Of a DNA stretch of 64,000 nt, positions 41,615 to 53,210 are shown piece after piece; positions within the stretch are counted from its first letter, which is position 1; each line of letters opens with the position of its first letter. A program made the translations under genes and the position numbers. This stretch comes from an uncultured Acidobacteriota bacterium. GTDB taxonomy: Bacteria; Acidobacteriota; Terriglobia; UBA7540. The stretch covers positions 1,152,001-1,216,000 of the forward strand of contig CAWDSK010000003.1 in the NCBI GenBank assembly GCA_963804995.1. The letters run 5' to 3'. A model generated the notes under the pieces. The model did no database searches. It saw nothing but the letters and a program-made list of their open reading frames with translations, and was not told the DNA's origin.

Positions 41615-43657
41615 ATGAAGGAAAACAAAACCCGTCCGATGGTGTTGGTCGGCCGATACACCGTCCTGGCTGGACTGGCGGGATTGCTCATCGGAGCTGC
41701 GGAAGGGATATATCGTTACAGAAGTCCCATCCCACCGATTGTTCTCAAGCCTGATGTTTCTTACGTGATCTTGTTTCTCGGTCCCATGCTTGATGCTTTG
41801 GTTGGCGGATTTTTCGGCTTCGTTACGGGACTGTTCATCGCCAGCCGAAGCAGCCGAATCTGGGGCCGCGTTTCCCTGATGGTTGGGGTTTGTCTGGTGG
41901 CAATACTCGTTCTCGCGATTGCCAAAAACCCAGGGGATGCCGCGGAAGTTTTGATAGGCCCTTACCCAAATCCTTTCCGGCTGGCCATACGAATCGGGAT
42001 TCTTCTAACGGGAGCAGGGGCTTTCATCGTGGGGCGCCTCCTCCCTCTCAGAAGTCTAAGCATCGTGCTCACTGTGGCTTTGGCACTGTCGCTCGCGGGC
42101 GTGGGTGTCTACGCCATAAGGCCACCCCTGCATCAGGCCGGAGCTGCAACGATACCTGCAGCACCGACAGGAAAACCTAATATTATTCTGATTACGCTCG
42201 ACACGGTGCGGGCTGACCACCTTTCTCTCTACGGATATCCTCGCCGGACCACCCCGAGCATCGACGGGTGGGCGCGTCAAGGCGTAGTGTTTGAGAACGC
42301 CATCGCCCCGACATCCTGGACGCTACCCTCCCATGCTTCGATGTTCACCGGTTTGCTCCCGCATCAGCACGGCGCCGATAAAGACCAACCCATAGACCCG
42401 AGCTGGTGGACGATCAGCGAGGTGTTGAGCGGACGGGGCTACGAGACTGCGGGTTTCAGTTCAAACCTTTGCTGGGGCCTGATGGGCTGGGGGATGGGCA
42501 ACGGCTTTGAGCTTTATGACGACGATAGTACATCGGTGCGACATAATCTTGGAAACCTTCTCTGGGGCAGGATCCTTCTTCAACGCCTGTACGGAGAGTA
42601 TGTGCAGCCCCAAGAGATGGAGCGGAGGGACGCGGGCCAGATCAACCGCGACGTTCTCGGTTGGATTCACCACCGTTCGCCAAGGCCTTTCTACCTCTTC
42701 ATAAATTACTACGACGTTCACGCGCCATACATCGCGCCTCCCTACCCCGCTTCCCGCTTCGGCGCCATCTTCCCTTGGCTTCTCGACAGGATTGAATCCG
42801 TTATAGGAATGGGAAATGGCCATCGGCATCCTTCCGCCATGGATGCAGACTCCCCTACTGGCTATGATAACTGCTTGTCGTTCTTGGATAACTCTGTAGG
42901 TGAGTTATTGGATTCTCTTTCCCGCCTTCCCGGATGGCAGAACACCATCGTCATCATCACTTCCGACCATGGAGAGAGCTTCGGCGAGCACGGCACTTAC
43001 ACTCATGGTCATGACCTCTACAGAGAGGTGTTGCATGTCCCTCTCGTGATTTTGGGACCTAAAATTCCAGCCGGTCTTCGCATTTCGCACGTGGTTCGGA
43101 CACAAGAACTCTTTGAGACCGTCCTGCAACTTTCGGGTATGGACAACCCGCCGTTTCAACGGGCCAGCCTACAGCGTTTCTGGAGGCCAGGATTTGAACC
43201 GGGGGACTTTGATGAATTTGTGATTTCAGAATTATCACCGGAAATGAAGGCTCCCGCCCCCATCAGCTTGACGACCCCAGAATGGCAGTATCTCCATGAC
43301 GCGCAAGGCAACGAAGAACTCTATCACTGGGTGAGTGATCCAGACGAAAAGTTCAACGTGTCTAAGTCCCCTGAGAATCAGAAGGTTCTGAGGGACCTTC
43401 AAATTCAGCTTCGTGCGGCCGTCACCGCATCGCTCCGCCCCTGGAGAAGGCCGGAGTACGTGTCCGCACTGGGCGGATATGACCGGACCTTGGCTAACAC
43501 TTCCCAAATGGGCCCTCAGCTCGGTTCGAGTCTTGCCCACCCACCGGGGATTCCCATCGGAACCTCCCAAGCCTTTTTCCCGCGCCGCGCCTTTACGTCA
43601 CCCCAACGGCCACCCTCGACGGATGAGGAACTGTTGCGGAGTCTCCCTTACCAGTAG
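41615..43657 (+). CDS. Membrane-anchored sulfatase-like (alkaline phosphatase superfamily) protein
   Basis: TM N-terminus; PNIILITLDTVRADH, WTLPSHASMFTG, DVHAPY, TSDHGE. Confidence 0.88.
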   Translation: MKENKTRPMVLVGRYTVLAGLAGLLIGAAEGIYRYRSPIPPIVLKPDVSYVILFLGPMLDALVGGFFGFVTGLFIASRSSRIWGRVSLMVGVCLVAILVLAIAKNPGDAAEVLIGPYPNPFRLAIRIGILLTGAGAFIVGRLLPLRSLSIVLTVALALSLAGVGVYAIRPPLHQAGAATIPAAPTGKPNIILITLDTVRADHLSLYGYPRRTTPSIDGWARQGVVFENAIAPTSWTLPSHASMFTGLLPHQHGADKDQPIDPSWWTISEVLSGRGYETAGFSSNLCWGLMGWGMGNGFELYDDDSTSVRHNLGNLLWGRILLQRLYGEYVQPQEMERRDAGQINRDVLGWIHHRSPRPFYLFINYYDVHAPYIAPPYPASRFGAIFPWLLDRIESVIGMGNGHRHPSAMDADSPTGYDNCLSFLDNSVGELLDSLSRLPGWQNTIVIITSDHGESFGEHGTYTHGHDLYREVLHVPLVILGPKIPAGLRISHVVRTQELFETVLQLSGMDNPPFQRASLQRFWRPGFEPGDFDEFVISELSPEMKAPAPISLTTPEWQYLHDAQGNEELYHWVSDPDEKFNVSKSPENQKVLRDLQIQLRAAVTASLRPWRRPEYVSALGGYDRTLANTSQMGPQLGSSLAHPPGIPIGTSQAFFPRRAFTSPQRPPSTDEELLRSLPYQ

Positions 43658-43915
43658 CGTCGCCCCATCCGGCAGGAACAAGACCGGGCTTCAATTGGTG
43701 GTGAAGGTTTATCCGAACTCTGACGAACTACCGGGGAGATAGATGTTAAACTGGCAGCCCTCTACCAACCACTTGGTTGTGCACGGGGGAATACCGCGGC
43801 AGTGAACCCTACACCTGTCCCCAGATAACCCAGGCAGGAATGGACCGGTGGAATTGGATGTTGAGCCAATCAGCCTGGGCACAGATAAGCAGGAAATCGA
43901 GGAGCTGCACCCCTA

Positions 43916-44726
43916 ATGACTGAGCCGTCGACCTTTGCATTTGGCGCTAATTGGCAACGCTTTTTGGGCCACGTCACGGAAGAGCGCGTCAGCAGTGCTG
44001 AGCGCTCGCTACTTGAATTCCTAGGCCTCGAAAATTTTCGGGGAAAAAGTCTTTTGGACATCGGTTGCGGAAGTGGTCTGTTCTCCTACGCCGCTTACCG
44101 TCTCGGCGCCAGTCGTGTGGTGAGCTTCGATCCTGACCCGCTTTCTGTCCAGTGTTGTCGATACCTTCACGATAAAGCCCATCGACCTGAAAACTGGGAA
44201 ATCTATCAGGACTCTATTCTCGACGAAGGATTCATTTCCTGCCTCGGACGGTTCGACGTGGTCTACGCCTGGGGAACTCTTCAGCACACCGGCCGGATGT
44301 GGGAAGCCATACGCCGCGCTGCGCAACTGGTGAACAAAGACGGCTTTTTCTATCTGGCGATATACAACCAAGTAGATGGGATGCTCGGGTCCAAGTTCTG
44401 GCTAAGTTTCAAGAGAGCTTTTAATGCCCTCCCGCGACCCGGGCAGTACCTCGTTCGAGCTGGGGGCGATTCCCATCTATTTTGCGGCTCGCCGCCTGCA
44501 CGCGCGTAGCCTGATTGCGGACGTCCAGAAGTATGAATCATCCCGCGGCATGTATTGGAGAACCGATATCACCGACTGGCTGGGCGGACTTCCCTACGAA
44601 TGTGCAACTGTGGAGGAGGTCTTTAAGTTCATCAGGACGCAGTGCGCAAGCTTCGACCTGCGCAACCTCAAAACCACCAACAGCCTCGCCAACAATTGGT
44701 ATCTCTTTAAGCGCATCGCGGATTAG
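43916..44726 (+). CDS. Class I SAM methyltransferase, +1 frameshift at ~44454
   Basis: FAFGANW, LLDIGCGSG, YAWGTLQHTG; second frame RGM..DITDWLGGLPYE. Confidence 0.82.
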
Positions 44727-44880
44727 ACGTGTCTGCCATCCCCTAACCTCGCCGCAGCCGAACTAAACGCCGAAGGGCTCCCCACAATTGCCCGCAAGAA
44801 GGCTCCAAGAATTCAATCAGGCGGGTGATGGAATAGGCACTCAAGCTGGACAACAAGGCGCGGATGAACTTAAGATTTGA

Positions 44881-46551
44881 ATGTGGGGAACCCCAGGGTC
44901 TACGGCGAAGATTCCCACGATTCTTTCCAGTCTGAATTCGCAAGCCGGGCTAGCTTCGGAGGCGCAAGAATTGTCGCCAACAGAACGGGAGGCCACGCCA
45001 ACAAGTTCCCGAATCTCTGAAACTGCGACGGCCCTCTTCTTGCTAGCCGCACTGATCTTTCTTTACATCATTCTCTTCACTCCGCCCTTCATCCCCACCT
45101 ATTTGGCGAGTGACGGAACAATCTTAATCAGCCAAGCTATACGAATGCTCCACGGAGAGGTCCTGTATCGGGACTTCTTCGAGTTGGTGCCTCCGGGAAC
45201 CGATCTGGTTTACTACGTTCTCTTCAAGTTGTTTGGATTTCACCATTGGATCCACAACGCGACTCTGCTGACCCTTGGAATGAGCTTCCTGTGGCTGAGC
45301 ATTGTCATCTCACGGCGAGTGCTGCCGCCTCATCTGGTTTTCTTGCCAGGGGCATTGTTCCTTTCCATCCCTTTTGCGAGCCGGCTCGATGGCACTCACC
45401 ACTGGTTCAGTTGCCTGGCCGTAATGAGCGCCCTGGCAGTCCTGATTGATCGGCGGACACCTGCCCGCCTTGTCGCCGCAGGGGGATTGTGCGGCATTGC
45501 GACGTGCTTTACACAACTGCGAGGACTCTTTGGCTTCTTGGGGTTAGCCACTTTCCTCTGCTGGGAATGGAGGAAGAGGCAAGAAAGCTGGAAGGCGCTT
45601 TGCAAGAATCAATTCCTGCTTATCTTGGGGTTCGTAATAGCACCCGCGGTGGTTGATGGCTATTTCATCTGGAAGGTGGGACTCGAGCGATTCCTATACT
45701 GCACCGTCGTTTTTGGGCTGAAATACTATGCAACCTTAGGAGGCGTAAACACTTTTTGGGGAGCCTTGCGGGACTCAGTCCTCCCTCTGGATTGGCAACT
45801 CCTCCGTTATAAGCTGGCCTTTCTTTTCGTCTTGCTGGTCACTCCTCTATGCTACCTACTCTTTATCCTCCGTGGGGGAAATGAGCACGCAGAAGCGCCC
45901 GATGCCCACGAGAGCCGACTCTGGCTTGTGGCTATCGTCGGAATATCACTGTTCCTGAGTGTGGCATTTACCCCCTCCGGACACAGGATTGCTCCCGGAA
46001 TGTTGCCCGCTTTGATTCTGCTCGTGTGGTTTATCTCCACTCTGCGGCGGTTTCGCCGGACCCTTGTGACCCTTCTCTGGCTTGGAGTTCTCGGATCGGT
46101 ACTCTTTGGTGCTTACTGGCGACAAGCCCACTGGCGAACCTTCTTCGATACACCGGGAGGCCGCATAGCCGTTCATGATCGAGACCTCGCAGAAAAGTTA
46201 GTTTGGCTTCAAGCAAGAACCCACCCAGAGGAATACCTATTTGATACCGAGTGGCCCATTGTTAATGTGGCTCTGGGATTGAGGAATCCTACGCCGATTA
46301 CGGTCCTCACGGATACGGACTATACCCGACCGGAGCAGGTTGAGGAAGTAATCTCAGGTCTGGAAAAACATCAAGTGCGCTATGTGTTATGGTCGGTGGA
46401 TGACTCGAACGCGCTCATAAACGGAAGCCTGGCCCCTGGGAATCATCTCGATCCCCTCCGTAGATATTTGCGGACGAACTACCATCAGGCGGTAACCTTT
46501 GCCGACGGCACGCAGACTTTGGAAAGGAACTCTTCCCAAACTCGTCCCTAA
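44881..46551 (+). CDS. GT-C-like membrane glycosyltransferase, paralogue 1 (start may be ~44971)
   Basis: YRDFFELVPPG, THHW, TDYTRPEQV; polytopic. Confidence 0.7.
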   Translation: MWGTPGSTAKIPTILSSLNSQAGLASEAQELSPTEREATPTSSRISETATALFLLAALIFLYIILFTPPFIPTYLASDGTILISQAIRMLHGEVLYRDFFELVPPGTDLVYYVLFKLFGFHHWIHNATLLTLGMSFLWLSIVISRRVLPPHLVFLPGALFLSIPFASRLDGTHHWFSCLAVMSALAVLIDRRTPARLVAAGGLCGIATCFTQLRGLFGFLGLATFLCWEWRKRQESWKALCKNQFLLILGFVIAPAVVDGYFIWKVGLERFLYCTVVFGLKYYATLGGVNTFWGALRDSVLPLDWQLLRYKLAFLFVLLVTPLCYLLFILRGGNEHAEAPDAHESRLWLVAIVGISLFLSVAFTPSGHRIAPGMLPALILLVWFISTLRRFRRTLVTLLWLGVLGSVLFGAYWRQAHWRTFFDTPGGRIAVHDRDLAEKLVWLQARTHPEEYLFDTEWPIVNVALGLRNPTPITVLTDTDYTRPEQVEEVISGLEKHQVRYVLWSVDDSNALINGSLAPGNHLDPLRRYLRTNYHQAVTFADGTQTLERNSSQTRP

Positions 46552-46921
46552 TTAGATTTCGCGGATAGTAAGCTCAATACTCTCCGCCTCATTATGAACG
46601 GGCAACAATACCTCAAGGGCCGGGGTGGTATTCGGCATTTCGCTCCGCTCATGGAAAAGCAAACTGACCTGGTACCTATTATAGCGGCCTTTGTGGGGCT
46701 GGGTCCGTGTAGTACCCGTAAAGCACACGGAGTTGCAAATGCGTTGGGCCAGCTACCAGTGGGAATTAGAACTGCCCCGTTCCGTGGGCCACGGAAGCAC
46801 CCAGTACTGAGAACTTGGCCGGACTTCCACTCAGAGGCAGTCGAGTGTATATTTTCGGCTAGCAGGAAGATCGAAAGGGAAATCCAGGTTTAAGCAAAGC
46901 CATTCCCTGAGAATCCCGGCA

Positions 46922-48550
46922 ATGCACTACACCTTACCAAGTCGTGAACCCGTGAAAGTCAGCCAAGGGCAACCTCCGGGGTGGTTCCAATACGGTTTTT
47001 TCCTTTTTGCCACGGCCTTCCTCTACCTCGATCTGTTTATTCTGCCCGCCACGCCGATTTACGATCCAGTTTTGACGGACCAGTGGATATATCTACACAA
47101 CGCGACACGGATGCTGGACGGCCAGATGATTTATCGGGACTTCTTCCAGTTCACCCCTCCTGGCGCAGAATTAACCTACCTTGCCCTTTTCAAAATGTTC
47201 GGCGTGCGTTCTTGGATCCCCAATGCCACGCTGGTACTCCTGGCGTTGAGCCTGACTTGGCTCTGCGTTTATATCTCGCGAAAGATCCTCAGCGGGTGGA
47301 CAGCGTATCTTCCAGGCCTGCTGTTTCTGGGCACGGCATTTCACAACCGGCTCGAAGCGACTCATCATTGGTACAGCGTGCTGGCGGTGATTGCGGCTAC
47401 TGCCTTGGTCATCGAAGAGAGGAGCCCAAGGCGGGTGGCCGGGGCGGCTGCCCTTTGTGCCCTGGGTGCTTTTTTCACTCAGGCTCGAGGACTCGCAACG
47501 GTCGTGGGCCTGGCCATTTTCCTTTGCTGGGAGCACCGGAAGAAGCAGCAAAGCGGCGGGTCGCTTTGGAAAGTTGAAGCGATTCTGGCCGGCGTTTTCA
47601 GCGCCGTCACCCTCGGGCTGAACAGCTACTTCCTCTGGGCAGTGGGTTTGAGACGTTTCGTGTGGAGCACAGTCATTTTTGGAATCAAGTACTATCCTGC
47701 GGAATCCTACGCCAACAGTCTTCAGGCTTACATGTTAGACCCACCCATTCCGACTCATGGGCATAGCCTCACAGAACTGCCTTCATGGGTCTTGATTCAC
47801 GCTCTTGTGCCCCTCGTCTACCTTCTGTTCTTTGCTCGTTACTGGCGTGAGTCAAGAAGAAGACAGGGGGAGCCCTGGGACCGGTTAGTGCTGGTGAGCT
47901 TGACGGGATTGTTCCTTTTTGTAGGGGTCGCGCCGGCGCCAATTTACATCAGACTCTGCACAGTCGCGCTCCCAGGGTTGATCATCTGGGTGTGGTTTTT
48001 GAGTTCGCCCGGAAAGCTCCTCTTCCTTGCGCGGCAAGGGATTTGGCTGGCCACGGTAGTTGGGCTGCTCGGCATTGTATTGCACATGCAGGCCCGATGG
48101 CACGCTCAGCTTTATGCTCCGATAGGTCGTGTGGCCCTCTTGAATCCCGGAGATTACAACCATTATTACTGGTTGCTGGCCCACACCCATCCTGATGAGT
48201 TCGTATTCGATTGTGGAGGAGAAGTATACTTTTTGCTTGGACTCAGGTGTCCCGCGCGAACACAATTCCTTTCGGCTACTGATTACATGAGGCCGGAGCA
48301 GGTTTGCAACGTCATCGAGAGCCTCGATGCCCGACGCGTGTTGATGGTCCTTTGGGATCCGTCATTCGACCTTGAAGTAACAGGAATCCAACCAGGTGAT
48401 CATCTGGGGCCGCTACGCGATTATTTACGGACCCATTATCATCCGGCCAAAGTCTTCGGAGATTCGGTAGTCCTGGAGCGAAATGAGATGATGCCCCATA
48501 ATTCTTCAATATCCAGCCCCGCCTCAAGGATTCCCTTGCCAATTCAATAG
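46922..48550 (+). CDS. GT-C-like membrane glycosyltransferase, paralogue 2
   Basis: YRDFFQFTPPG, THHW, TDYMRPEQV; tandem paralogue of the previous gene. Confidence 0.7.
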   Translation: MHYTLPSREPVKVSQGQPPGWFQYGFFLFATAFLYLDLFILPATPIYDPVLTDQWIYLHNATRMLDGQMIYRDFFQFTPPGAELTYLALFKMFGVRSWIPNATLVLLALSLTWLCVYISRKILSGWTAYLPGLLFLGTAFHNRLEATHHWYSVLAVIAATALVIEERSPRRVAGAAALCALGAFFTQARGLATVVGLAIFLCWEHRKKQQSGGSLWKVEAILAGVFSAVTLGLNSYFLWAVGLRRFVWSTVIFGIKYYPAESYANSLQAYMLDPPIPTHGHSLTELPSWVLIHALVPLVYLLFFARYWRESRRRQGEPWDRLVLVSLTGLFLFVGVAPAPIYIRLCTVALPGLIIWVWFLSSPGKLLFLARQGIWLATVVGLLGIVLHMQARWHAQLYAPIGRVALLNPGDYNHYYWLLAHTHPDEFVFDCGGEVYFLLGLRCPARTQFLSATDYMRPEQVCNVIESLDARRVLMVLWDPSFDLEVTGIQPGDHLGPLRDYLRTHYHPAKVFGDSVVLERNEMMPHNSSISSPASRIPLPIQ

Positions 48551-48787
48551 CAAGCGTGGACCTGTTCTGCCTGAGACGCTACCGCCCGGTACACGGAGTT
48601 GCAAATTCGTTGGCAGCCAGTATAACATCTGGATGAGATGTCTAACCTAAGTTAGAGGCTTGCGAGCGGATCATCACCGAATCGCTTTTCTCCCTGCGCC
48701 GACTCCCAGACGGCGCCTGCCTGACGGTTAGAGCCCGACCCCAAGCGCTGGTTGGCAAATGACATATCACCAAGAATCGGGTAATCG

Positions 48788-49585
48788 ATGAGTAAGGTCG
48801 CCATCGCGATCCAGAACCTGAGGAAGACGTTTACCTTCGGGAAATTCTTCCGCCGACTTGTAAAGAACTCCCCCGGGGAGGGAGGGAAGGAAGTCTTAAA
48901 GGGGCTCAGCCTGGAAGTCTATGAGGGCGAAGTACTGGGATTGCTCGGACCGAACGGGGCGGGCAAGACGACCTTAATGGAAATCCTCTCCACCCTTTTG
49001 CTCCCCACCAGCGGAAAGGCCACCGTATGCGGGCATGATGTGGTTCGCGAAGCCAAGCAGGCCAGAAGGGCCCTCAGCTATTGTCCCTCAACCTCAGGAG
49101 ATTTCTACCCGCGACTGACCGGCGTACAAAACCTGGAGTTCTATGCCGCCTTAAATAATCTGCCACCTCGAGAAGGCAAGAACAGAATCCAGAAGGTCCT
49201 GGCCTTGCTGGCGCTTGAGGCCGGGAACCCGGCGCATTTTCAGCGCTACTCCGAAGGAATGAAGCAGAGGCTGACCATCGCCCGAGCGCTCTTGACCGAC
49301 CCTCAAGTCTTGCTTCTGGATGAGCCGACGCGGGGCCTTGACCCCGTGTCGCAAGGCGAGATTCGCAGGTTTCTGCGGGAACGCGTGGTGGACCAGCTTG
49401 GCAAAACCGTGCTGCTGGTCACGCACAGCCTTTCGGAAGCTGAACACGTATGCGACCGGCTGGCCATTCTCCATCACGGGCAGATTGTGGAAATTGGGAA
49501 ACCTCAGGAAGTCCAGGATGCCTTCGGGGGCCAGGACTTGACGGCGGCCTTCGAGCGAGCCGTGGGAGCGACGGAATGCCGCTAG
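48788..49585 (+). CDS. ABC transporter ATP-binding protein (ABC-2 type)
   Basis: GPNGAGKTT, YSEGMKQR, LLLDEP, TH. Confidence 0.92.
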   Translation: MSKVAIAIQNLRKTFTFGKFFRRLVKNSPGEGGKEVLKGLSLEVYEGEVLGLLGPNGAGKTTLMEILSTLLLPTSGKATVCGHDVVREAKQARRALSYCPSTSGDFYPRLTGVQNLEFYAALNNLPPREGKNRIQKVLALLALEAGNPAHFQRYSEGMKQRLTIARALLTDPQVLLLDEPTRGLDPVSQGEIRRFLRERVVDQLGKTVLLVTHSLSEAEHVCDRLAILHHGQIVEIGKPQEVQDAFGGQDLTAAFERAVGATECR

Positions 49586-50370
49586 TCTGGAAAGCCTGGT
49601 CGTTCTTCAAGCGCGACTTGGTCACGGATCTCAGTTACAAACTCTCCTTCGCTTTTCAGGTGGTAGATATCCTGGCGGGCGTTGGGGGTTATTATTTTCT
49701 GGCCCGGGTTACAGGAAAAGCTGCTTACGGGGGGTACGATCCTTTCCCCTTCATCGTGGTGGGAGTGGCTGTAAACGGCTACATGACGACTTGCCTGGTT
49801 TGCTTTACGCAAGGGATACGGGGGAATCAGCCGCTGGGCACCCTGAAGATGGCCTTGGTCACGCCTACTTCTCCAGTCGCGTTTATCCTCTTTTCTTCGC
49901 TTTATCCGTTGGTGCGCGCCACCATCGATGCCGCCTTCTACTTGCTGGGCGGAGTGGCGCTAGGGCTGTCGCTCAGCCATGTAAATATTCCAGCTATGCT
50001 GTTAATCTACTTCTTATCAGCGCTTGCCTTTAGCAGCATCGGAATCCTTTCTGCCACCTTCACGCTCGTCTTTAAGCGGGGTGATCCGTTCGTGGTACTT
50101 TTCGTAGCTCTGGCCTGGCTCTTAGGAGGCGTCTACTACCCGATCGATGTCCTGCCACCGTATCTCAAGTTCGCGAGTCAGTTCATGCCCGTCACTCATG
50201 CCACCATCGGCTTGCGAGCCGCGCTGCTTGCCAATGCCTCCTTGACTCAAATACTCCCTCATATCGGCATGCTCGCTCTTTTCGCCTTGATTGGATTGCC
50301 CGTCAGCTTGCTCGCCTTCAGGTGGGGGGTAAGGTGGGCGAGAGGAGCGGGAACCCTCAGCCACTTCTGA
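49576..50370 (+). CDS. ABC-2 transporter permease
   Basis: Six TM segments, LGGVYYP..LP, overlaps ATPase stop. Confidence 0.85.
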   Translation: MPLVWKAWSFFKRDLVTDLSYKLSFAFQVVDILAGVGGYYFLARVTGKAAYGGYDPFPFIVVGVAVNGYMTTCLVCFTQGIRGNQPLGTLKMALVTPTSPVAFILFSSLYPLVRATIDAAFYLLGGVALGLSLSHVNIPAMLLIYFLSALAFSSIGILSATFTLVFKRGDPFVVLFVALAWLLGGVYYPIDVLPPYLKFASQFMPVTHATIGLRAALLANASLTQILPHIGMLALFALIGLPVSLLAFRWGVRWARGAGTLSHF

Positions 50371-50495
50371 GGGAAGGGGCAACGGAGAAACCCATCAGGG
50401 GTAACCGCAACCCTGCGCAGGCTGAGGGAATCCTTCCTACCCTTCATGCTAGAATGAATCACCTAGCACGCATGAGTTGTCATCAGGAAGACATT

Positions 50496-51737
50496 ATGGA
50501 TTCCGTGGGCAAGAGCAGCAATGAGGGAGCGACAACTGAACTGACTGCTTCGCCTGAAACGAATTCGTTGGATCAGGTGGAGGTGTCGGTGGTGCTTCCC
50601 TGCCTCAATGAAGCGTTGTCGGTCGGAATATGCATTGATAAGGCCTTGGCCACCCTTAAAAGGATGGAGGTGAAAGGGGAGGTAGTGGTGGCTGACAATG
50701 GCTCCACGGATGGGTCGATTGAAATCGCTGAAAAACACGGCGCGCGGGTGGTGCGCGTGGAGGCGCGAGGTTACGGGAACGCCTTGCGGAAGGGCATCGG
50801 GGAAGCGCGCGGGAAATTCATTGTCATGGGCGACGCCGACGACAGCTATGACTTTTCCGAGGTCCCGCGATTCCTCGAGAAATGGCACGAAGGCTTCGAA
50901 CTGGTGATGGGCAACCGATTCCTGGGAGAAATCAAGCCCGCTGCGATGCCTTGGCTGCACAAGCATTTCGGCAACCCCGCCATCACCTGGACGTTGAATT
51001 CCCTGTTTGATGGGAATATCGGTGACGCCTATTGCGGTATGCGTGGCTTCAGCAAAGCTCTGTACGAGCAAGCCGACCTGCGCTGTACCGGCATGGAGTT
51101 TGCGCTGGAGTTGGTCATCAAGGCTATGAAACTTGGAGCGCCGGTCACCGAGATTCCCATCACTTTGTGGCCCGACAAGCGCGGGCGCCCGCCCCATCTT
51201 CGGACCTTCCAGGATGGCTGGCGCAGCTTGCGTTTTATGCTGCTTTACGCACCCAATTGGCTTTTCCTATTTCCTGGGACGATGTTGTTTCTCTTGGGCG
51301 TCGCAATCGTTCTGTGGCTCTTACCGGGGCCTCGGCATCTGGGCCGGACCGAGATTGACCTCCACACGATGTTGTTTGGGACGATGTTTGCGCTCACCGG
51401 TGCGCAGATTGTTTCGATTGGAATCATGGCCAAAGTTTATAGCTTGACCGAACGATTCTCCCGCAACCAACACAGTCTGGAGCGCTGGCTCTCAAGGGTG
51501 AAGCTGGAACAAGGGCTGGTGGTTGGCGCCATCCTGATGCTGGCGGGCGGCTCAGGGGCCGTTTGGTTACTCTGGAAGTGGATCGCCAGCGGATTCGGGC
51601 ACTTGTACCATGTTCGCGTGGTTATTTTCCTCGCACTCTGTTTCTTGCTGGGCGTCCAGGTCATCTTCGCTTCGTTTTTCATCAGCATGTTGGGAATTAG
51701 TCGTGGCACCTACATTGGCGATTACGATGGTCGCTAA
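50496..51737 (+). CDS. GT2 polyprenol-phosphate sugar synthase-like protein with C-terminal TM region
   Basis: PCLNE, DNGSTDG, GDADDSYD, MEFALE, LRTFQDGWR. Confidence 0.88.
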   Translation: MDSVGKSSNEGATTELTASPETNSLDQVEVSVVLPCLNEALSVGICIDKALATLKRMEVKGEVVVADNGSTDGSIEIAEKHGARVVRVEARGYGNALRKGIGEARGKFIVMGDADDSYDFSEVPRFLEKWHEGFELVMGNRFLGEIKPAAMPWLHKHFGNPAITWTLNSLFDGNIGDAYCGMRGFSKALYEQADLRCTGMEFALELVIKAMKLGAPVTEIPITLWPDKRGRPPHLRTFQDGWRSLRFMLLYAPNWLFLFPGTMLFLLGVAIVLWLLPGPRHLGRTEIDLHTMLFGTMFALTGAQIVSIGIMAKVYSLTERFSRNQHSLERWLSRVKLEQGLVVGAILMLAGGSGAVWLLWKWIASGFGHLYHVRVVIFLALCFLLGVQVIFASFFISMLGISRGTYIGDYDGR

Positions 51738-51794
51738 GCCCAATGGCGTACCCGGCCTGGGGATCGCGATGACAACGGAACTTCAGGTTGAAAA

Positions 51795-53210
51795 ATGATT
51801 GGAGTACCCGAAAGGCAGGATGGATTTGCTGGTCACAACCCTCCTGCGGTCACCACGCGCCCAAGCCCGCGCGGCGCGTGGTTCCGCACCACCGGGCTGG
51901 CATCTTTCTTAATAGTATTCTTAGCCGCAACCATGGTGCGCGTGGTCTGGGTTACTCATGTTATCGCGAGATCTCCCCAATTCGCGAGTACTCAGCCGTT
52001 TTCGGCCGCGGAGATGGGAAATATTGCCACCAACATCGCCGAAGGTTGAGGCTTTAGCTCGCCCTTCGGTAGGGGCGCGCGGCCCACCGCTTGGGAATGC
52101 CCGCTCGTGCCGTATATATTCGCAGGGATCATCAGGCTCGCCGGTGGTCCGACCGGCCGCGCCGCTCGGCTTATTTTCTTATCGCAGGCATTGGTCAGTG
52201 CAATCGCTGCAGCGATGTACTGGCTTATCGCTCGAAGATTGATCTTACGACACCCTGGTTTTTTTTCTCCGTGGCTTTCCCCAGTCCTTGCGGTTGTCGT
52301 GTCTCTATGGCCGGAGTCCATTAATTCAATCATAGACCCATGGTATTGGGTCTGGCAGGAGGCTGCTCTCGCGATCTTCGTGCTGCTGGCGATGCGATGG
52401 TGGGATGAGGCAGATTACCGCAGTGGCGTGTTTCTGGGGCTGGCGGGTGGCGTCCTCGCTTTGATCAACGTCAGCCCTCTGCCCATTATTGCGGTTGCAA
52501 TCCTGTTCCCGGTGCTGAAAAAGTATTGCCAAGGGTTGAGGCTTGGCCCCACAGTGATTTCTGTCGCCTCTTTTGCACTTGTGGTCACTCCGTGGCTGGT
52601 GAGGAATGCTGTTGTCTTTCGCACTTTTGTGCCTCTGCGGTCCGTTGCCGGACATGCTCTCTTTGAGGGCAACAGCGAACTGGAGTGCATTCGAGAGCCA
52701 AATAACATACGCCACCCCGCAACCGACAAGCAGGAATTTGAACGCTATACCGCGCTTGGCGAAATCCGATACTGCCATGAGGCCCGGGAGTGCGCCACCG
52801 AGTATATTCGTCAGCATCCTTGGCAAACGGTCCGTCGCACGGTCATTCGTATTTATGTATGTTGGTTTACGGACCTGACGGACCACTGGACACCGGATCC
52901 TGAGCACAAATGGTGGACCGGAACCGGGCAGTCCATCGTCCGCCATTTAGCTTTAGTTCTAATAACCTGGGCCTCGATCGGGGTCATCTTGTGGGCGGCA
53001 TTATCCGGCCGGTTCCGATCTCTGCCCTATGCTCCCCTTTTCGCAGCCGTCGTGGTCTTCCTGCCTGTCCCTAATTACTTCACTTTCGCAGATCCCGAAT
53101 ACACAATGGTGCTCCGAATGTGGCTCGGCGTTATTGCCGTCTTGCTACTCGCGCTCCGCTCCCCCCAGACAGAACACCTCGTCGCTGATTCCGGTACCGG
53201 GCAAGATTAA
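51795..53210 (+). CDS. GT-C-like membrane protein with an in-frame TGA at 52047-52049
   Basis: EMGNIA.NIAEG*GFSSPF..PTAW..P continues in frame; PWLVRN..F.P. Confidence 0.7.
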
